64,000 nucleotides of DNA from an uncultured Acidobacteriota bacterium (GTDB taxonomy: Bacteria; Acidobacteriota; Thermoanaerobaculia; UBA5066): contig CAWDEX010000001.1 of NCBI GenBank assembly GCA_963801475.1, positions 2,118,271 to 2,182,270 of the forward strand. Direction: 5' to 3'. Within the stretch, counting starts at the first letter, position 1. Every line of letters begins with the position of its first letter. Under the pieces are notes generated by a model that did no database searches, was not told the origin of the DNA, and was given only the letters and a program-made list of their open reading frames with translations. Made by a program: the position numbers and the translations under genes. Shown piece by piece: positions 54,949 through 64,000 of the stretch.

Positions 54949-56146
54949 GACGCAGCGCCTCCACGGGGTTCAGGCCGGCGGCACGCATCGCCGGGAAGAC
55001 CCCGAAGACGATCGTGACGCCGCTGGAGAAAAGGAACGCGAGGACACCCGACAGGGCCGAGACCCGGATCGTGACGCCCGTGACGAGAAGGCGCACCGCG
55101 AGGGGCAGGCCGAGCCCGAATAGGACGCCGATGAGCGACCCGATCGACCCGAGAAGGAACGCCTCGAGGAGGAACTGCCGCAGGATGTCGCGGCGCCGCG
55201 CCCCGAGGGACTTCCTGAGCCCGATCTCCCGCGTCCGCTGCTCCACGGAGGCGAGGAGGATGTTCATGATGCCGACGCCGCCCACGACGACGGAAACGGC
55301 CGCCGCGGCGACGAAGACGAGGATCAGGCCCGAGGAGATCGCCTCGGCCACCTTGATGACCGTCGTCATGCTCTCCACCTTGAAGACCGCCCCCTGCCGG
55401 TGGCGCTCGCGGAGGAGCGACTCCATGGCCGCGACCCCTTCGGGGATCAGCGGAAACTCACGGACCTCCGCGAAGAGCGTGTCAACCCGCCGAATCGGCG
55501 TGAAGAACCACCCCACCGTGATCGGGACGAAGATGGTCCGCGGAATCACCTCGCCCCGCCCCATCGTGTCGACCGGCTTGTCGAAGACGCCGACGATGCG
55601 GAAGGTCATCCCGAGGGTCCGGAGCGTCTTCTCCCCGATCGGCTCCGTCCCGAAGAGCTCCTCGTAGAGCGGCCGGTTGACGACGCAGACCTTCGCCCGC
55701 TGGAGGATGTCCTCTTCGTCGAGGAAGCGTCCGTCGACGATTCGCACGTTGCGGCGGACGGCCGTGTAGTTGGGCGTCGTGCCGACGATCCGGAGCGTGG
55801 CGGTCGTCGAGAGCGTCGCCACCGTCGCCTGAAGCTCCACGATCGGCGTCACGCCCCGGAAGAGGTCCGTTCGGGCCGCGAGGGCCTTCGCGTCTCCCTC
55901 GGTGATCTGGTCGTCGCGCAGGCGCGACACGCCCGAGGTGACGGTCCCCTGGTAGGTCGCCCAGACGAGATGCGAGCCGACCCCCTCGATCTGCTCCATG
56001 ACGAAACCGCGCCCCGTGAGGCCGAGCGAGACGATCAGGATGATCGCGGCCGTCCCGACGATGAGCCCGGCGAGCGTCAGCCAGGTCTGGATGGGGTGCG
56101 TCCGGAACCGGTTCAGCGCGGTCTCGAGGACCTCGCGGAAGACCAT
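54941..56146 (-). CDS. ABC-type efflux permease, FtsX/MacB/LolC-like (no fused ATPase)
   Basis: The protein has an N-terminal TM helix, a roughly 200-aa periplasmic domain, and a C-terminal FtsX three-TM bundle (..SVEQRTREIGLRKSLGARRRDILRQFLLEA..). The start was set at the internal ATG at 56146. Confidence 0.8.
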   Translation of the reverse strand: MVFREVLETALNRFRTHPIQTWLTLAGLIVGTAAIILIVSLGLTGRGFVMEQIEGVGSHLVWATYQGTVTSGVSRLRDDQITEGDAKALAARTDLFRGVTPIVELQATVATLSTTATLRIVGTTPNYTAVRRNVRIVDGRFLDEEDILQRAKVCVVNRPLYEELFGTEPIGEKTLRTLGMTFRIVGVFDKPVDTMGRGEVIPRTIFVPITVGWFFTPIRRVDTLFAEVREFPLIPEGVAAMESLLRERHRQGAVFKVESMTTVIKVAEAISSGLILVFVAAAAVSVVVGGVGIMNILLASVEQRTREIGLRKSLGARRRDILRQFLLEAFLLGSIGSLIGVLFGLGLPLAVRLLVTGVTIRVSALSGVLAFLFSSGVTIVFGVFPAMRAAGLNPVEALRHE

Positions 56147-56148
56147 CT

Positions 56149-57336
56149 TCAGCCCCCGCGGACGAGGACGCGGACGCCGTCGGCGACGGGCGTCGTGCCC
56201 GGCAGGAGGACCACGTCTCCCTCGGCCAGCCCCGAGGTCACCTCTACGGCCGTCAGCCCCAGGAGGCCGACGGCGATGTCCCTGCGTCGCGCCCGGCCGT
56301 CCACGGGGACGAAGACGAAACGTTTCTCGCCGTCCCGCTGAAGGGCGGCCCGGGGGACGACGAGCACCCCCTTCTTCTCGCCCGACACGATCTCCACGTT
56401 GACGGAGGCGTTCGGCGGAAGCTCGTCGGACGCCCCCCGGATCTCGCCGAGGACGTCGGACACCTCGCGCCCGCCGACCTCGCGCAGGCCCGGGGAGACG
56501 CGCGCGATCGTTCCTTCCCAGGTCTTGTCCGGGAGGCCGTCGAACGTGACGCGCATCCGCTGTCCCGGGGCGATCCGGGGAAGGTCCGGCTGGTCGACGC
56601 GCGCCCGGACGCTCCGGACGACCGGGTCCGCCACGCCCGCCACGATCTGTCCGGGCACCACGATCTCCCCCGTCTTCCGCGGGAGCCCGTAGACCATGCC
56701 GTCGCGCGGCGCCACGACGGTGAGCGCCGCCACGCGCTCCTCGAGGTCGCGCGCGGAGGCCCGCACCAGCTCCAGCCGCGACGTGCCGCCGTTCGCGGTC
56801 CCGTCCAGCGAGGCGAGCCGTGCCTCGGCGCTCCGAAGCCGCTCCTCCGCGTCGCGGAAGGCGGCCTCGCCCGCCTCCCACGCGGACTTCGTGATCGCCT
56901 TCTCGGACAGGAGCCGCGTGTCGGCTTCGAAGGTCCGCTTCTTCTCCGCCACCTCGCGCCGCGCACGCTCGGCCTCGCCGGTCGCCTGGATCCTCTCGGC
57001 CGCGAGGCGGAGGGCCTCGGCCCGGGCTTCGCGCGCCTTCTCCGAGACGGCGGGGCTCTCCAGACGGACGAGCGTCTCCCCCTTCCGGACCCGGTCGCCG
57101 TCATGGACGAGGACGGCGGCCACCGTCGCGGCGTCGAGGGCCCGCAGCTCGCCCCCGGGGAGCGGCTCGAGCGTCCCGTCGCAGAGGATCGGCACGACGA
57201 GGTCCGCCCGCGCCGCTTTCGCTGACGGGACGGAGGGCGGCCTCGGCCGCCAGAGCCCCGCCGCGAGAAGGAGGACGACGAGAATTCCGGCCGCGGCCGC
57301 GAGCCAGCGGAAGGGATGCGAAGGGCCGTTCGCCAC
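56149..57336 (-). CDS. periplasmic adaptor (membrane fusion protein, HlyD/MacA family)
   Basis: The protein has an N-terminal TM anchor, a long coiled-coil (..AEALRLAAERIQATGEAERARREVAEKKRTFEADTR..), and beta-barrel plus lipoyl domains. It uses a GTG start. Confidence 0.8.
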   Translation of the reverse strand: MANGPSHPFRWLAAAAGILVVLLLAAGLWRPRPPSVPSAKAARADLVVPILCDGTLEPLPGGELRALDAATVAAVLVHDGDRVRKGETLVRLESPAVSEKAREARAEALRLAAERIQATGEAERARREVAEKKRTFEADTRLLSEKAITKSAWEAGEAAFRDAEERLRSAEARLASLDGTANGGTSRLELVRASARDLEERVAALTVVAPRDGMVYGLPRKTGEIVVPGQIVAGVADPVVRSVRARVDQPDLPRIAPGQRMRVTFDGLPDKTWEGTIARVSPGLREVGGREVSDVLGEIRGASDELPPNASVNVEIVSGEKKGVLVVPRAALQRDGEKRFVFVPVDGRARRRDIAVGLLGLTAVEVTSGLAEGDVVLLPGTTPVADGVRVLVRGG

Positions 57337-57362
57337 GAAGCGATGTTACGGGAAAAGGACGC

Positions 57363-57385
57363 CGGGCCGGCTTTCGCCGGCCCGG
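57363..57385 (-). terminator. candidate intrinsic terminator after rpoC (second of two hairpins)
   Basis: On the minus strand the sequence reads CCGGGCCGGC-gaaa-GCCGGCCCGG followed by CGUCCUUUUCCCG. A second perfect 9-bp hairpin (GGGGGAACC..GGTTCCCCC) lies at 57407-57431. Confidence 0.45.
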
Positions 57386-57445
57386 GGAGCAGCGATTGGC
57401 TCGGAGGGGGCTTGGGGGAACCGGCCATGGTTCCCCCAGGGCACT

Positions 57446-61669
<4,224 letters not shown>

Positions 61670-61684
61670 CGATTTCGTCTCTCC

Positions 61685-64000
61685 TCAGACCTTCAGCAGC
61701 TCGACATCGAGGCAGAGCGACTGCAGCTCGCGCACGAGCACGTTGAACGACTCCGGGAGGCCGGGCTCGTCGGGAACCTCGCCCTTCACGATGGCCTCGT
61801 AGACCTTCGAGCGGCCTTCGACGTCGTCGGACTTCACGGTCAGGAGCTCCTGGAGGGTGTACGCCGCGCCGTAAGCCTCGAGCGCCCAGACCTCCATCTC
61901 GCCGAACCGCTGGCCGCCGAACTGGGCCTTCCCGCCGAGCGGCTGCTGCGTGATGAGGGAGTAGGGCCCGATGGAGCGGGCGTGGATCTTGTCGTCGACG
62001 AGGTGCGACAGCTTGAGCATGTAGATCTGCCCGACCGTCACCTTCTGTTCGAAACGGTCGCCGGTCATGCCGTCGTAAAGCACCGTCTTGCCGTCGGTCG
62101 GCAGGTTGGCCTTCCGAAGCAGCTCGCGGATCTCGGTCTCGGTCGCGCCGTCAAAGACCGGCGTCGCCAGCGAGAGGCCGAGCGCCTTCGCGGCCCACCC
62201 GAGGTGGGTCTCGAGGATCTGACCGACGTTCATCCGCGACGGGACGCCGAGCGGGTTGAGGACGATCTCGACCGGGGTGCCGTCCGGCAGGTACGGCATG
62301 TCCTCCTCGGGGAGGATCCGGCTGATGACCCCCTTGTTGCCGTGGCGCCCGGCCATCTTGTCGCCGACCTGGAGCTTCCGCTTCATGGCGACGAAGACCT
62401 TGACCGTTTTGTTGACGCCGGGCGCGAGGTCGTCGCCCTTCGTCAGGTTCTCGATCCGCTCGCCCGAGACCTTCTTGATGACGTCGATCTGGGAGTCCGT
62501 TCTCTGGAGGATGAGCCGCACCTGGTCGCGGATCTCTTCGTCCTTCAGCTTCAGCCCCTTCAGCATCCGCGGCGTCATCAGGCCGATCTTCTCGGCGGAG
62601 AGCTTCCCGCCCTCCTTCACGAGCACGTTCCCCTGCGAGTCGGCCACGTCCTCGAGAACGGTGCGGCCGGCGAGGAGGGACTCGATCTTCCGCTTCGCCT
62701 CGGTCCGGATGATGCGGCTCTCGTCCTCCTCGTTCTTCCGGATCCGGCCGATCTCCTCGTCGAGGATCTGCTTGGCCCGGACGTCCTTCTGCTTCTCCTC
62801 GTCCTTGCGGGCGAAGATCTTCACGTCGACGACGACGCCCTCGATGCCCGGCGGGCACTTGAGCGACGCGTCGCGCACGTCGCCGGCCTTTTCTCCGAAG
62901 ATCGCGCGGAGGAGTTTTTCCTCCGGGGTCAGCTGCGTCTCGCCCTTCGGCGTGACCTTGCCGACCAGGATGTCGCCCGGCTTGACGTTGGCGCCGATCC
63001 GGACGATGCCGGACTCGTCGAGGTCGCGGAGCGCGTGCTCGGAGACGTTCGGGATGTCCTTGGTGATCTCCTCGGCGCCCAGCTTCGTCTCGCGGGCCTC
63101 GATCTCGAACTCCTCGATGTGGATGGAAGTGTAGTAGTCCTCCTTGACCATCTTCTCGGAGATGAGGATCGCGTCTTCGAAGTTGTAGCCGCGCCACGGC
63201 ATGAAGGCCACGAGGACGTTCCGACCCAGGGCGAGCTCGCCCGCCGACGTGCAGGGCCCGTCCGCCAGGACCTGCCCGGCCACGACGCGCTCGCCCTCGC
63301 GGACGACCGGGCGCTGGTTGATGCAGGTGTTCTGGTTCGAGCGGCGGAACTTCAGGAGCGGATAGATGTCCGCCCCGAAGTCACGCGTCTCGCCGTCCGG
63401 GCCGAGCCCCTCGACGCGGACGATGATGCGGCGCGCGTCGACCGTGTCGATGACCCCGTCACGCTTGCAGAGGACGACCGCGCCCGAGTCGCGGGCCACG
63501 ATGCCCTCGAGGCCGGTGCCGACGTATGGCGGCTCGGTCTTCAGGAGCGGCACCGACTGGCGCTGCATGTTCGAGCCCATGAGGGCGCGGTTCGCGTCGT
63601 CGTGCTCGAGGAACGGAATGAGCGCGGCCGCCACCGAGACGAGCTGCTTGGGCGACACGTCCATGAAGTCGATCTTTTCGCGGTCGACGCTCAGGAACTC
63701 GCCGCCGTGGCGCGCCACGACCCGGTCGTCGGTCAGCTTTCCGCGCTCGTCCACCGCGGCGTTCGCCTGGGCGATGATGTAGTTCTCCTCTTCCCAGGCC
63801 GGCTGGAAGAACGCCGTCGGCCGACCCACGGCCAGTTTCTTGTGGGCGCGCTTCAGGCGCTGGTTCGTCTCCTCCAGCTCCTCCGCCTCCACGATCGTCC
63901 CCTTCGTCCAGCCCGAATCGCCGACGGTGCCGATCTCGTAATGGTCGAGGACGCGGCCGCCGCGGACCTTCTTGTACGGGCTCTCGATGAAGCCGAACTC
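61685..64000 (-). CDS. rpoB: DNA-directed RNA polymerase subunit beta (partial; N-terminal part beyond window end)
   Basis: This is the C-terminal two-thirds of RpoB (..[12 protein letters not shown].., ..[26 protein letters not shown]..). The reading frame stays open to position 64000. Confidence 0.97.
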   Translation of the reverse strand, partial: EFGFIESPYKKVRGGRVLDHYEIGTVGDSGWTKGTIVEAEELEETNQRLKRAHKKLAVGRPTAFFQPAWEEENYIIAQANAAVDERGKLTDDRVVARHGGEFLSVDREKIDFMDVSPKQLVSVAAALIPFLEHDDANRALMGSNMQRQSVPLLKTEPPYVGTGLEGIVARDSGAVVLCKRDGVIDTVDARRIIVRVEGLGPDGETRDFGADIYPLLKFRRSNQNTCINQRPVVREGERVVAGQVLADGPCTSAGELALGRNVLVAFMPWRGYNFEDAILISEKMVKEDYYTSIHIEEFEIEARETKLGAEEITKDIPNVSEHALRDLDESGIVRIGANVKPGDILVGKVTPKGETQLTPEEKLLRAIFGEKAGDVRDASLKCPPGIEGVVVDVKIFARKDEEKQKDVRAKQILDEEIGRIRKNEEDESRIIRTEAKRKIESLLAGRTVLEDVADSQGNVLVKEGGKLSAEKIGLMTPRMLKGLKLKDEEIRDQVRLILQRTDSQIDVIKKVSGERIENLTKGDDLAPGVNKTVKVFVAMKRKLQVGDKMAGRHGNKGVISRILPEEDMPYLPDGTPVEIVLNPLGVPSRMNVGQILETHLGWAAKALGLSLATPVFDGATETEIRELLRKANLPTDGKTVLYDGMTGDRFEQKVTVGQIYMLKLSHLVDDKIHARSIGPYSLITQQPLGGKAQFGGQRFGEMEVWALEAYGAAYTLQELLTVKSDDVEGRSKVYEAIVKGEVPDEPGLPESFNVLVRELQSLCLDVELLKV

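Overview
This is a high-GC (~70%) bacterial chromosomal segment made up almost entirely of core information-processing genes. At the 5' end, on the minus strand, sit glyS, glyQ and recO. A plus-strand block carries rimP-nusA-infB-DUF503-rbfA-nrnA-truB followed by rpsO-pnp. The rest is a roughly 40-kb minus-strand run: rpoB (partial) and rpoC, then the str operon (rpsL-rpsG-fusA-tuf), then the S10, spc and alpha ribosomal-protein operons through secY-adk-map-infA-rpmJ-rpsM-rpsK-rpsD-rpoA-rplQ. Three things stand out against this conserved backbone. (1) A secreted thioredoxin-fold/TPR protein has an in-frame TGA exactly at the first Cys of its CxxC redox motif (WAPW-U-HTC), which makes it a candidate selenoprotein. 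(2) Nine co-directional genes are wedged between rpoC and the ribosomal str operon (rpsL-rpsG-fusA-tuf): an adaptor/FtsX-type permease/TolC efflux module with no ATPase in the window, and a hopanoid cluster (shc, hpnH, hpnA, hpnG and a squalene-synthase-family gene), followed by dxs. (3) Several ribosomal proteins (L17, L29, L22, S19, S11) and NusA carry Lys/Ala/Pro-rich tails. Other regulatory candidates are a promoter-plus-terminator leader upstream of rimP, promoters for rpsL and rpsO, a terminator after rplQ, and a long structured rpsG-fusA spacer. I found no rRNA, tRNA, CRISPR array or mobile element. The many long antisense ORFs are GC-driven artefacts.
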